Assembly: GCA_965240465.1 (NCBI GenBank)
Contig: OZ251219.1
Coordinates: 192,001-256,000 of the forward strand
Origin: a bacterium
GTDB lineage: Bacteria; SAR324; JACQKK01
DNA length: 64,000 bases
Reading direction: 5' to 3'
How positions within the stretch are numbered: position 1 is the first letter of the stretch; every line of letters starts with the position of its first letter. Shown piece after piece: positions 10,667-20,934 of the stretch. The notes beneath the pieces are model-generated. The model saw only the letters and a list, made by a program, of their open reading frames with translations. It searched no databases and had not been told where the DNA came from. The position numbers were made by a program, and so were the translations under genes.

Positions 10667-11365
10667 ATGGCGAAGTATTTTATCAAAAATATAGCAACAT
10701 TCGCAGTTTTGGCAACTGCTGTATTATCTTCTGATTGGGTATTGGCTCAATCCACCATCCGTTTGGATGATTTTTCCTCAAACTTTCAGCCCCAAACACT
10801 GCCTAAAAATTGGGAAAAGAAAACAATAAAATTTCTGGCTTCTGAGAAGGGAGAAGAATATCAGTTTTTTAATAAATCAAATGAGCATTACATTCGCATG
10901 GCTACTGGGCCGGGGAATTTTTTCAGTCTGTCACCTAAGCGAATTGTTCTGCCCGTTGATTACCCCATTCTAGCTTGGGAATGGAAAGTATCTCGCTTTC
11001 CATCAAAAACCAAAATCAAAAACGGACTGCGTAGCGACAAGGCTGCCTCTATATGTCTATTTGACAATTATTCCAGCAAATTAAAATACCGTGCTGTTTG
11101 CTATGCGTGGGAGCTAGATAGTACTAAAGATGTTCCCCTCTTAACCCCCGGCAACAAACGCATTTATTTTATAATTCTCCGTACCCAAAAAAGCGACAAA
11201 AAAGAACAGTGGTATCCTGAAAAACGTAATTTGCAAGTAGATTTCAAGAAAATCTGGAAAAAAGAACCACGTGAAGGAAGAATCGTACTTTTCGTAGATT
11301 CGGATACCTCTAAATCCAATGCAGAGGCCGCGTTCCGTAAAATAATCATCTCTAAAACTCCCTAA
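10667..11365 (+). CDS. Secreted protein, DUF3047-like
   Basis: Signal peptide; YPILAWEWKV, AVCYAWE, WYPEKRNL and VDSD motifs resemble DUF3047. Confidence 0.65.
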   Translation: MAKYFIKNIATFAVLATAVLSSDWVLAQSTIRLDDFSSNFQPQTLPKNWEKKTIKFLASEKGEEYQFFNKSNEHYIRMATGPGNFFSLSPKRIVLPVDYPILAWEWKVSRFPSKTKIKNGLRSDKAASICLFDNYSSKLKYRAVCYAWELDSTKDVPLLTPGNKRIYFIILRTQKSDKKEQWYPEKRNLQVDFKKIWKKEPREGRIVLFVDSDTSKSNAEAAFRKIIISKTP

Positions 11366-11404
11366 AACCAAGCTCTCAGGGGAGTCCCAAGCTAGGATTA
11401 GGTG

Positions 11405-12112
11405 TCAAATGGACATCGGCTGTGCTTCAAGTATTTGCATAGCCAGTTGCAACCAGTTGGGCGGTATATGTCCTTGGGAAAAAAAATCGCCAACGGAGTT
11501 ATCAAAAGGTAAGAAACAAGCATTGATGTTGAGTTCATGCTTAGTAACATGTCTACAAAGGGACTGCTTGTTTTTGCTGAACTCCGCCGCATGAAAAAAA
11601 TCTGGCGATTGAACCTGATTAAATACCACCTGTGCCAAAAAATCTCGCTCTGTTTCTACTTTGGATTGTCGCTTGATGAGAGCTGCCAACCAAGTTAGCG
11701 TCCACACATCGGGCAGAACAGGAAGGCATGGGATAAGCAACAAATCCGCGGTGCGAATAATGCTCTCGGTAGAAGCAGAAAGACCGGGAGGACCATCTAT
11801 GACTACCCAGTCTACATCAGTACGGGTACGCAACTCCAAATGCTTATCTGGTAAAGGCAGGGTTTCCAACTGCATTTCTTTAGGTAGCCCATGCATAGCA
11901 CACCAGTCACTGCTGGTAGCCTGAGGGTCAGCATCCACCAACAGTACCCGTTGGTGAAGTCGTTGCAAGGCTAGGGATGTAATTAAAGACAGGGTACTCT
12001 TTCCCACCCCCCCCTTCTGGTGCAAAAAAGCCACCACCGCAACCCTTTTCTGGTGGAGCCAAACCGCATTTGGCAACCGAAAGGTATCTTTATGACGGAA
12101 AGAACCCGTCAT
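11405..12112 (-). CDS. ParA-family ATPase (short, orphan)
   Basis: QKGGVGKST, DADPQ, IDGPP. Confidence 0.85.
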   Translation of the reverse strand: MTGSFRHKDTFRLPNAVWLHQKRVAVVAFLHQKGGVGKSTLSLITSLALQRLHQRVLLVDADPQATSSDWCAMHGLPKEMQLETLPLPDKHLELRTRTDVDWVVIDGPPGLSASTESIIRTADLLLIPCLPVLPDVWTLTWLAALIKRQSKVETERDFLAQVVFNQVQSPDFFHAAEFSKNKQSLCRHVTKHELNINACFLPFDNSVGDFFSQGHIPPNWLQLAMQILEAQPMSI

Positions 12113-12114
12113 TT

Positions 12115-13008
12115 CTACGATAAATCCAAACTCTGTAAGGCTTGGATTCGCTTTTCTAAGGGTGGATGAGTAGAAAGCAAGGCTGAAAATCCTGCTGGGC
12201 GAGAAGATATTTTCAGGGTTTTCAAAGAGGCCGGCTCTTCACCTACAGAAGCCAAATTAAGAGTCCCGCGTAAACCCTCTAACGCAGATACCATTTTTTT
12301 ACGACCCGCCAAACGTGCTCCTCCCGCGTCCGCTTTGAACTCTCGCAAGCGAGAAAACCACGTCACTACTATCATTCCCAAAAGGCTGAACACGATCTGC
12401 AGCACAATCACTATCATGAAATGCACCATCACCCTTCCTCCATCACGCATCCGTGAAGTAATGGCAAATGCAATTACTCGGGCCAAGAACATCACCACGG
12501 CGTTAATAACACCCTGCAACAGAGTCATTGTTACCATATCCCCATTCACAATATGAGAAACCTCATGAGCTAGTATCGCTTCTACCTGATCATCTTTCAT
12601 TCGCGATAACAAACCCCGAGAAACTGCCACCAAAGATCGCTTGCGGGTAGGACCGGTAGCAAATGCATTTACCTCTTGGCTCTCATAAATGCCTACTTCG
12701 GGCATAACAGTCATGCCAGCTTTCTTGCTCAATGCATGGACTTTGGCTACCAAATCCCTATCTGTGCTTCCTCCTTCTCCGGGTCGGATAACCTTTACCC
12801 CCATCATTTTTTTAGCAACCCAACGAGATATCCACAAAGACAAAAATGCTCCGCCCATGCCCCAAACTAAACAAAATATCGCCAGACTCTTATAATCCAG
12901 TCCCTGTGCCGTGACATAATTGCCCAAGCCGAGTGCACTCGTTACCACGAACAAAGTGGTAATAATCAAGATATTCACCATGAAAAATAAAGTCATTCGC
13001 CTAAACAT
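12115..13008 (-). CDS. htpX: Membrane zinc protease HtpX
   Basis: NAFATG, HEVSH, NGDMVT, REFKAD, THPPL. Confidence 0.95.
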   Translation of the reverse strand: MFRRMTLFFMVNILIITTLFVVTSALGLGNYVTAQGLDYKSLAIFCLVWGMGGAFLSLWISRWVAKKMMGVKVIRPGEGGSTDRDLVAKVHALSKKAGMTVMPEVGIYESQEVNAFATGPTRKRSLVAVSRGLLSRMKDDQVEAILAHEVSHIVNGDMVTMTLLQGVINAVVMFLARVIAFAITSRMRDGGRVMVHFMIVIVLQIVFSLLGMIVVTWFSRLREFKADAGGARLAGRKKMVSALEGLRGTLNLASVGEEPASLKTLKISSRPAGFSALLSTHPPLEKRIQALQSLDLS

Positions 13009-13139
13009 TGTTTTCTATTCTCCTCATATTGCATTTTGGTAAAATTATCTGACACTCCCCACAGGATATTCCTTCTTTTCAATTATCACAAGCTCAGCTC
13101 ATGCCAAAAATCAATTGGCAAGTACTGATATGTCAGAAC

Positions 13140-14549
13140 TTATGAAGATGTCATGGACTTAGAAAAAAATTTTACCAGTTGATGAGCCAATAAGGTTTTA
13201 GGCATCAAGGGTAATGTTAGTGGCTTATCGGGCTGTAAGCGAGTAAGCAAGGTGACTTGGTTGAAATCGGAATCAAAGCCTGCATGGGGTTGATCAATAG
13301 AATTGGCGATCACGATATCTGCATTTTTAGAGTGCATCTTGCGTTTTGCTTCTGATAGGAGGGAATTACCATGCTCAGCAACGAAGATGACAAGCAATTG
13401 TCCTTTTAGCTTTTTTTGCCCAACTTCTTTGGCAATATCAGGGTTAGGAGTAAAATTTAGGATAAGAGGAGAGGAACCGCGTTTTATTTTTTGATTATGT
13501 CGTTTTGGCTTAAAGTCGCTAACAGCAGCACAGAGTATCAAGGCATCTTGTTGGGGTTGGACTTTAAGAACGGTGGCTCTCATTTGTTCTGTATCCCGAA
13601 TTTGCAGGTGTTTTATTTTTCTTGGGGGTTTGATCCCTACAGGTCCAGAAACCAAAGTTACTTCTGCACCTAATTGCTGGCATGACTGGGCTATGGAATA
13701 GCCCATTTTCCCACTAGATTTATTGCCTATAAAACGGACCGGGTCTATATCTTCTATAGTGGGACCCGCAGTAACGAGGATTTTCTTACCCTCCAGAGAG
13801 TCTTCTTGGCGGACGTTTGTGGGCGGGATACCTGCCAGCTTTTCATTGAGCACGGTTATCAGTAGATCTGGCTCTGGCAGTCTGCCGATTGCTTGCCAGC
13901 CTTCAGCAAGCTCACCATAGGCAGGAGGAATGATTATTACCCCTCGCTGTTGCAAAATACTTACGTTCTCTTGAGTGGCTGGGTGCTCCCACATTCTATT
14001 GTTCATGGCTGGGGCCATCACAACTGGTGCAGCCGTAGCTAGCAAGGTCGCGCTGAGGGTTTCTGATGCCTGTCCACCACGATAAGAAGCCATCAAATTG
14101 GCGGTGGCAGGAACAACAAAAACCACCTCTGCCCATTCTGCCAGTTGGATATGCTCAATACGACCATCTGGGGTTAATCCCAGGCGAGACATTGCCACTG
14201 GCACCCCTGAAAGGGTCTCAAAAGTAAGGGGAGCCACAAAACGACGTGCTTCTTTGGTCAATACCACCTGTACCTCAGCTTGGCAGCGTTTTAGTAGTCG
14301 CAGTACTTCCACTGCCTTGTAGCAGGCTATTCCACCAGAAACACCCAGTAAAATTCGCCTATTAGCCAGAGCAGGCCAAACATTCTTAACCGCACTGTCC
14401 TCATTCAGTGATGCCAAATCATTTCCCGCTAAATCATCAGGCTTAACCAGATCCACGGCTACAGAGCTATTTTTGGTAGGCTCTTTCTTCCGAGCAGATC
14501 CTCTCTGAGATTTAGAATGCCCTACTTCCATGATTTCATTTTTAACCAC
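13140..14549 (-). CDS. coaBC: Bifunctional phosphopantothenoylcysteine decarboxylase/ligase
   Basis: GGIACYK, APAMN, TAGPTIEDIDPVRFIGNKSSGKMG, AAVSDF; start uncertain. Confidence 0.95.
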   Translation of the reverse strand: MVKNEIMEVGHSKSQRGSARKKEPTKNSSVAVDLVKPDDLAGNDLASLNEDSAVKNVWPALANRRILLGVSGGIACYKAVEVLRLLKRCQAEVQVVLTKEARRFVAPLTFETLSGVPVAMSRLGLTPDGRIEHIQLAEWAEVVFVVPATANLMASYRGGQASETLSATLLATAAPVVMAPAMNNRMWEHPATQENVSILQQRGVIIIPPAYGELAEGWQAIGRLPEPDLLITVLNEKLAGIPPTNVRQEDSLEGKKILVTAGPTIEDIDPVRFIGNKSSGKMGYSIAQSCQQLGAEVTLVSGPVGIKPPRKIKHLQIRDTEQMRATVLKVQPQQDALILCAAVSDFKPKRHNQKIKRGSSPLILNFTPNPDIAKEVGQKKLKGQLLVIFVAEHGNSLLSEAKRKMHSKNADIVIANSIDQPHAGFDSDFNQVTLLTRLQPDKPLTLPLMPKTLLAHQLVKFFSKSMTSS

Positions 14550-14850
14550 AATATAAAAAACCGAGTGCCAATCCAGCTATAAACACCTGCAACCAGCCTA
14601 TTTTCACCATTATGGCATATGTTGCTATTTTAAGTGGTACAACTGATAAAAAGCACCGTGAAACATCTGCTAATATGTGCCAGCCTTATGAACCACAAGT
14701 ACTTACGATATACTTCTATTTTGAAAACCTGTCCTTCCACACCTGCTATAAATATGAGACAAGTACCCAATCAAAGAGATAACAGCTATTTTTACTTCTC
14801 TGATGATTTGCCTGCCTTGTCATTCTGCCACCTACCTTTTAGAGCATACC

Positions 14851-15648
14851 ATGTCTACCACTATTGTATTCTCTAGCGAAAAAGGCGGAGTAGGCAAAAC
14901 AACTTCGGCGGTCAATTTATCTGCCAGTCTGGTTTCTGCCAATTTTCGGGTATTGGTGGTAGATATGGACCCCCAGAGCTCAGTGCGTTTCTCTTCTGGA
15001 GTCAGTAAAGAGTCCCCACTGGGTACTTACCAACTTCTTACCGACCCCCAAACTCCGCTAGAAAATTTGATTCAGATCACTCCGGGATTAGGGCTAGATT
15101 ACATATTTGCCAATTTCAAGGACTGGTCTCAGGAAAATGACACCCTCTGGCATATCCAGCCCGACACCCTTAAAAACCGTCTCAATCTGGCTTCTAATTA
15201 TGATTTCATCATCTTAGATGCCCCCGCCAGCCTCAACATGCTCACCCTGAATGCCATCACAGCCGCTAACATTGTCATTCTGCCGTTGCAGTGCGAGTCG
15301 CTAGCTATGCATTCGCTCAAACGATATTTGCAAGGGTTCCATTATTTACAGCAAAAACACAATCCTTCCATTCGTATTGCGGGAATACTGTTGACTATGT
15401 TTGATAAAAATCTTGCTATCCATCGCCGTCTCTGCCAGCAAATCTATCGCACTCTGGGGGATTCGGTGTTAAAAACCATCATTCCCCGCTCAAGGGAATT
15501 AGTGGAAGCCTCTGCCTTAGGACAATCCGTACTCACATACAATGCCCATTCCATCGCGGCTACATCCTATTTGCACCTGAGCAAAGAAATTTTACAGAAT
15601 TTTTATTATCCTCATTCTGCCACTCGCTCATACGCTAACCCTACCTAG
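14851..15648 (+). CDS. ParA/Soj-family ATPase
   Basis: EKGGVGKTTSAVNL, DMDPQ, LDAP, PLQCE, GILLTMFD. Confidence 0.9.
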   Translation: MSTTIVFSSEKGGVGKTTSAVNLSASLVSANFRVLVVDMDPQSSVRFSSGVSKESPLGTYQLLTDPQTPLENLIQITPGLGLDYIFANFKDWSQENDTLWHIQPDTLKNRLNLASNYDFIILDAPASLNMLTLNAITAANIVILPLQCESLAMHSLKRYLQGFHYLQQKHNPSIRIAGILLTMFDKNLAIHRRLCQQIYRTLGDSVLKTIIPRSRELVEASALGQSVLTYNAHSIAATSYLHLSKEILQNFYYPHSATRSYANPT

Positions 15649-15691
15649 CAACACTGAGCTCATTAACCTTTGCTTAAAAGAAATAATACTC

Positions 15692-16174
15692 TTGGTTCAA
15701 ACCCAACCTGCTACTTTAGACCCAACCCCCCAGCCCACCGGCTCACGTAGACAGAGTCGGGTATTCGCATTACAAATGCTTTACCTAATAGAAATACAAC
15801 AAAAATTACCAGCCGATATTCAATCTTCATTTTGGCGGCATGTTCGTTCCTCAAAGCAGGCACGTATTTTTACTCAAAAATTGGTTGATAACACCTGCTC
15901 TCAACAAAAAAAAATAGATGCTCTCATCTCTGGCTACTTGATAAACTGGAAATTCAATCGCTTGGCTGTCATTGTTAAACAAATCCTCCGCCTTGCAATC
16001 TGTGAAATACTGGTACTTAAGGAATCTCCCCCTGAGGTGATCATCAATGAAGCCATAGAACTTACCCGCATCTACATGGACGAAGAATCTACCAAATTTG
16101 TCAACGGTGTGCTAGATGAATGCCTGAAATCCCAGCCTGATTCCACACTGACAAATACCAAACATGAAGGATAG
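15692..16174 (+). CDS. nusB: Transcription antitermination factor NusB
   Basis: RRQSR, ILRLA, VIINEAIEL, FVNGVLD. Confidence 0.93.
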   Translation: MVQTQPATLDPTPQPTGSRRQSRVFALQMLYLIEIQQKLPADIQSSFWRHVRSSKQARIFTQKLVDNTCSQQKKIDALISGYLINWKFNRLAVIVKQILRLAICEILVLKESPPEVIINEAIELTRIYMDEESTKFVNGVLDECLKSQPDSTLTNTKHEG

Positions 16175-16233
16175 GAAATTCTTGTCTGACAAATATTAGT
16201 TTTGACCGCCACACCCTATGTTTTCGCATTGTA

Positions 16234-18318
16234 TTGTCACTATCTGCTGATATGTCCGCCCTAAGCAAAAATCAATTGCACCTTAGTCAACTGCGTAAAG
16301 AACAATTGCAGGCTTTCTCGTCTTATTACCTTGATGATTCACCACTATTAACAGACGAACAATATGATGATCTGTGTTGCCAATTGCTAGCAAGTGAAGT
16401 ACCCAATTCGCAATCAAGGGAATGGTTTTCTGAGAATGTTTGGGTGGTTTCAAATCGGAACACCCCTTTTACAAGTGGTCTGCACCAAATTCCCATGCTC
16501 AGCCTCACCAATCTTTACAACCTTGAAGAACTTAAGGCATGGTATCTCGGACTCCAGAAGCTACTTCCACAGGCATCATTGAGTTATCTATGCCAATTGA
16601 AGCTGGATGGAGTTGCAGTTTCGCTTCGTTATCAAAAAGGAGTGCTTACTCAAGCTCTTACCCGCGGTGATGGTCAACAAGGTGAAGACATTACCCGCAA
16701 CATTAAAACCGTTAGTGATGTTCCATACCGTTTGAAGCAACCAGTGGATATTGAAGTACGGGGAGAAATTTGCTACCCATTTAAGGCATTTGCTAAGGAA
16801 AATAGCCTCCGAGAATCTCAAGGGCAAGAGCTCATGAAGAATCCTCGCAATGCGGTGGCTGGATTGATGCTCACCCTAGACAGTACGATAGCTAGCCATC
16901 ACAATTTGAAGATGTGTGTCTTTGAGCTTATCACTAAGACTGACGTACCTAGCTCTAATCAGCACTCAGATGATTTATCCGCCCTGCAATGGTTAAAAGA
17001 ACTGGGGCTTCCCATAAAGGAAGATATTAGAGAAACTAATTCTATATCTGTCTTGGAAGATTTTTATAATTACTGCCTAACAAGTCGTCATAACCTAGAA
17101 TTGCCCATAGACGGGGTAGTAGTGAAACTGAATTCTCTGCAACAGCGTGACCAAGTGGGTAGCACCTTAAAATCTCCGCGCTGGGCAGTAGCCCTCAAAT
17201 TCCCTGCCGAAAAAGCATGTACCATTCTAAAAGGGGTAGAACTAAACGTGGGTCGTACTGGACGCATCAATCCCACCGCGATCTTAAAACCTGTCCAATT
17301 GGATGGCACCACAGTCGCGCGTGCTACCCTGCACAACTTTGATCAGATTGAAAGACTTCAATTGTGTATAGGGGTTCAAGTGCAGGTGGAAAAAGGCGGA
17401 GACATTATCCCCAAGGTGGTAGGCTTGGCACCCACCAAAATTGCGGCCTCCTCAAATGCACCTGCCGAAACTAACATCCCCCCACCTGATTACTGCCCTA
17501 GTTGCCACACACCCCTCAAACGCCACACAGGCGAAGTGGATTATTACTGCCTCAACCCTCTCTGCCCTCAACAATATGCAGAACGCCTGCTACATTTTGT
17601 ATCCCGACCAGCTATGAACATTGAAGAACTCGGTCCGGCTATCATTAATCAGCTACTCAACAAACAATGGGTATCTGCTTGGGCTGATATCTATGACCCC
17701 ACCTGCCTTAATCAAGACAAACTAGCTAGTCTGGAGAATATGGGTGAGAAATCAGCCCAGCTGGTGATGGAAAACATTGAATGCTCCAAGTCAGTGCCTC
17801 TTCATCGTTTTTTGCATGCGGTGGGCATACGCTATGTAGGAGCACGAACGTCACAAATACTGGCTGAAGTATTTGGCTCACTGGAAGCTGTTCAGGATGC
17901 CTCCCTTGAGCAATTATTAGATATTCCAGCCATTGGAGAAGTTATGGCAGAAAGCATTAGAGCCTTCTTTTGCAATTCATCCCAATTGGATCTTATTGCC
18001 AGAGCTCGCTCATTTGGCTTGAATCCACAGCCAATTTCACTCTTAAAAACAACTGCTCTCAGTGGTAAACGCATAGTGATTACAGGCACTCTTTCTATAT
18101 CCAGAGATGAATGGAAACAGAAGCTCTTGCAATGCGGTGTTATCGTAAGTAGCAAGGTATCGCGTAATACCGACTGTTTACTGGTAGGTGATAATCCCGG
18201 TAGCAAGAAAGAACAAGCCAAAAAGCTGGATATACCCATCTATAATGAATACCAGATCATTGACCTTCTCAATTCCCCTGGCGAAACCAACTCTATCCCT
18301 ACTGAAAATAGATCTTAA
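16234..18318 (+). CDS. ligA: NAD-dependent DNA ligase
   Basis: KLDG, TRGDGQQGEDIT, EVRGE, zinc finger, HhH repeats, BRCT domain. Confidence 0.96.
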   Translation: MSLSADMSALSKNQLHLSQLRKEQLQAFSSYYLDDSPLLTDEQYDDLCCQLLASEVPNSQSREWFSENVWVVSNRNTPFTSGLHQIPMLSLTNLYNLEELKAWYLGLQKLLPQASLSYLCQLKLDGVAVSLRYQKGVLTQALTRGDGQQGEDITRNIKTVSDVPYRLKQPVDIEVRGEICYPFKAFAKENSLRESQGQELMKNPRNAVAGLMLTLDSTIASHHNLKMCVFELITKTDVPSSNQHSDDLSALQWLKELGLPIKEDIRETNSISVLEDFYNYCLTSRHNLELPIDGVVVKLNSLQQRDQVGSTLKSPRWAVALKFPAEKACTILKGVELNVGRTGRINPTAILKPVQLDGTTVARATLHNFDQIERLQLCIGVQVQVEKGGDIIPKVVGLAPTKIAASSNAPAETNIPPPDYCPSCHTPLKRHTGEVDYYCLNPLCPQQYAERLLHFVSRPAMNIEELGPAIINQLLNKQWVSAWADIYDPTCLNQDKLASLENMGEKSAQLVMENIECSKSVPLHRFLHAVGIRYVGARTSQILAEVFGSLEAVQDASLEQLLDIPAIGEVMAESIRAFFCNSSQLDLIARARSFGLNPQPISLLKTTALSGKRIVITGTLSISRDEWKQKLLQCGVIVSSKVSRNTDCLLVGDNPGSKKEQAKKLDIPIYNEYQIIDLLNSPGETNSIPTENRS

Positions 18319-18321
18319 ACT

Positions 18322-19659
18322 ATGCAGCATGTTGTGATTGTTGGAGGAGGTACAATTGGCTCGTTTTTAGCCAAACGCATCTCTTTGGAGAATGTAAGAG
18401 TCACCATGATTGATCAAAACCCCCTGGTTCTCAAATCTCTACAGCATCAATTGGATATTGCCGTCTACGCCTGCAGTGCTACTAATTATAAAGCAGTTCA
18501 GCAAGCGGGCATTAACAATGCCGATTTATTTGTAGCTACCACCCGCCATGATGAAACTAACTTGATTGCCTGCCTCTTGGCAGACACTTTAAATATCAAG
18601 AACAAGATTGCGGTCACTCGTTACTTAGGTGCCAGAGGTCATACTTGGGTAGGTCTGAAGCAAAGCGGAAAGATTGTGAACACTAGTGAAGCCGTTTGCC
18701 AACATCTGATGGAGACCATTAGTCTGACTGGTATTCATGAACAAACCTCCTTTGCCGATGGAGAGCTGATGCTGATAGCTACTCGCTTGGGACACCATAG
18801 CCCTTTGATCGGCAAACAGGCTTCAGAATTGATGAAAATCAATCCGAATATGAGCATCACACATTTAGTACGCAACCATCATGCGATTACCTGTAAAGAA
18901 GATTCAGTTATAAAAAAGAATGATCACCTGTATTTGGTGGTGCTTCGCAAGGGCTTGCAACAAGCACATGAAGTCTTGGGAGTGAAAAATATAAATTCAC
19001 GACAGGCAGTTATCTTTGGAGGTAATTTCTTGTCTGAAATGGTTGCAGAAACACTTTCTTTGCATGGTTTTGAAGTAAATTTGATGGTTCCCGGCCGTCA
19101 TTTGGTACGCGTGAAGGATGATTTGAAAAATAGAAAGCGGGTACGAGTTACCACAGGAGAAGTGACCCTAGATAGTTTTAAGGAACATAGGGTAGGGAAG
19201 AATAGATTATTTCTGGCAGTAAGCGGGGATGACACTGTTAATTTGCTGGCTTGCATGCTAGCTAAAAGCATGGGGGCATCCAAAACTGTGGCTGCGATCA
19301 AGTCTCTAGAGTTGGAGGATCCGGCCCTAAAGAGTGGTACTGATGCCTGTATTTTTCCTCATTTGTCCACAGCACGTGCTATTCATAGCCAGCTACATAA
19401 GGATGATATTTTAGATTATCACGCTATAACTCAAACCAATTTATCGGTGGTCAAATTGAAGGCTCGTCCTCACAGCCGAGTTACTCAGGTTCCCTTAAAG
19501 CATATACAGCTACCTGAAGGAACTGTAGTCGGGGCGATAATAAACAAAGGGAAAGCTACTCTGCCCAGCCCATCACATATCATCAAATCTACAGAAGAAG
19601 TTTTACTATTGGCACATTCAGAGAACATGCCCGAAACCGAAGCCTTATTTTTTCATTAA
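18322..19659 (+). CDS. trkA: Trk potassium uptake regulatory subunit
   Basis: Two RCK N/C units; IVGGGTIG, DETNL. Confidence 0.85.
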   Translation: MQHVVIVGGGTIGSFLAKRISLENVRVTMIDQNPLVLKSLQHQLDIAVYACSATNYKAVQQAGINNADLFVATTRHDETNLIACLLADTLNIKNKIAVTRYLGARGHTWVGLKQSGKIVNTSEAVCQHLMETISLTGIHEQTSFADGELMLIATRLGHHSPLIGKQASELMKINPNMSITHLVRNHHAITCKEDSVIKKNDHLYLVVLRKGLQQAHEVLGVKNINSRQAVIFGGNFLSEMVAETLSLHGFEVNLMVPGRHLVRVKDDLKNRKRVRVTTGEVTLDSFKEHRVGKNRLFLAVSGDDTVNLLACMLAKSMGASKTVAAIKSLELEDPALKSGTDACIFPHLSTARAIHSQLHKDDILDYHAITQTNLSVVKLKARPHSRVTQVPLKHIQLPEGTVVGAIINKGKATLPSPSHIIKSTEEVLLLAHSENMPETEALFFH

Positions 19660-19695
19660 TGTCCCCACCAGCAAACCAAGAATACTGTGCCTTCT

Positions 19696-20235
19696 CTAGC
19701 GACTGTACAAAACAGGCTTATCCATTTCTATCCGTCCTTCTTCCAAAAAAAACTTAAAACCCTGGGACTTCTGTACCCACTGATTATACTCAATCAGTAC
19801 CGTATCTTCTGAATAAACTACCCCCTGATTGATGTTGTAAAACATGGTGTCGGATTCTACACTCCAATGACTACTAAAACGATCCAATCGTACTCCATCT
19901 GAAAAAAAAAGTTGACCCCTTTCCTTGTGCCAAACTGCGGCCCCACTCCTACCAATAGTTTCGCTGTTTTCACCTTTATGCAGCTGAAAGTTGACCCTAA
20001 CTAAACTAGTACGACCACCCTGTTGCAATCCTCGCTCAGCCTCCAATGACCACCTTTGGCCATCGGCATTTTCTTTATCTATATGCAGACCAACAATCCT
20101 CGTTGCCCCCTCAACCAGTTCCTCACTGACAGTAACCTCATTAACAGGTCTATCAGGTACAATCCAGCGTGCCATCCCGTATAATAAACCCATCCCCAAC
20201 ATCATAAAGCCAAAAAACAATAACAATCTCCGCAT
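19696..20235 (-). CDS. lptC: LPS export protein, LptC-like
   Basis: N-terminal TM followed by a beta-jellyroll-like pattern (WSLEAERG, VESDTMFY). Confidence 0.65.
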   Translation of the reverse strand: MRRLLLFFGFMMLGMGLLYGMARWIVPDRPVNEVTVSEELVEGATRIVGLHIDKENADGQRWSLEAERGLQQGGRTSLVRVNFQLHKGENSETIGRSGAAVWHKERGQLFFSDGVRLDRFSSHWSVESDTMFYNINQGVVYSEDTVLIEYNQWVQKSQGFKFFLEEGRIEMDKPVLYSR

Positions 20236-20345
20236 TGATACTCCACTTATTTTTGTTGATTTTTGCTTGTACTAGCCACCTATCACCATGTTAGCATGGA
20301 GAGGGTTATCGTTACTTTATCGTATTTCAACCTTAAACAACTATT

Positions 20346-20864
20346 ATGAAATCAATTTTTACTTCATCATCTCCAGTGGCCTCCCTAGGCAACAGACTCT
20401 CATGGCTTAGCTTGTTTTTGGGTTGCGATTTGCTCTTTAAATTCATTGTCTACTACAAATTATCTACCATCCAGACCCGTCCACTTATTCCCTATTTCGT
20501 AGATCTTACCCACACCTTTAACTATGGCATCAGCTTTGGCTTGATGCAAAACTTGCCAGCATCCATACGAGTTCCGCTCATTATTAGTTTGTCTGTGTTA
20601 GCGATTGGAGGATTTATCTATGCCTGGCTCAGCCGCAGGAAACGAATGGACATCTTTAGCGATTGGGGTTTCATATTAATAATCGCGGGTGCCTTAGGAA
20701 ATTTCATAGAACGTGTTTTGCGAGGAGGCGTGACCGATTTTTTTCATTTTCACGCTGGGTCAGTCAGTTTTTTCGTTAACAATTTGGCAGATATAGAGAT
20801 CAGCATCGGGGTAGTCCTACTGTTGATAGGCGGATGGCGCGAACACCGCCGAGCAGCTCGTTAG
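20346..20864 (+). CDS. lspA: Signal peptidase II
   Basis: NYGISFG, GALGNFIER, VTDF, NLAD. Confidence 0.9.
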   Translation: MKSIFTSSSPVASLGNRLSWLSLFLGCDLLFKFIVYYKLSTIQTRPLIPYFVDLTHTFNYGISFGLMQNLPASIRVPLIISLSVLAIGGFIYAWLSRRKRMDIFSDWGFILIIAGALGNFIERVLRGGVTDFFHFHAGSVSFFVNNLADIEISIGVVLLLIGGWREHRRAAR

Positions 20865-20934
20865 GGGGAAGGACACGCCAACATTTTTAACAAGTTTGTT
20901 TTGTGATGCTTGCAATTCGCCCTAGCGATTATCA

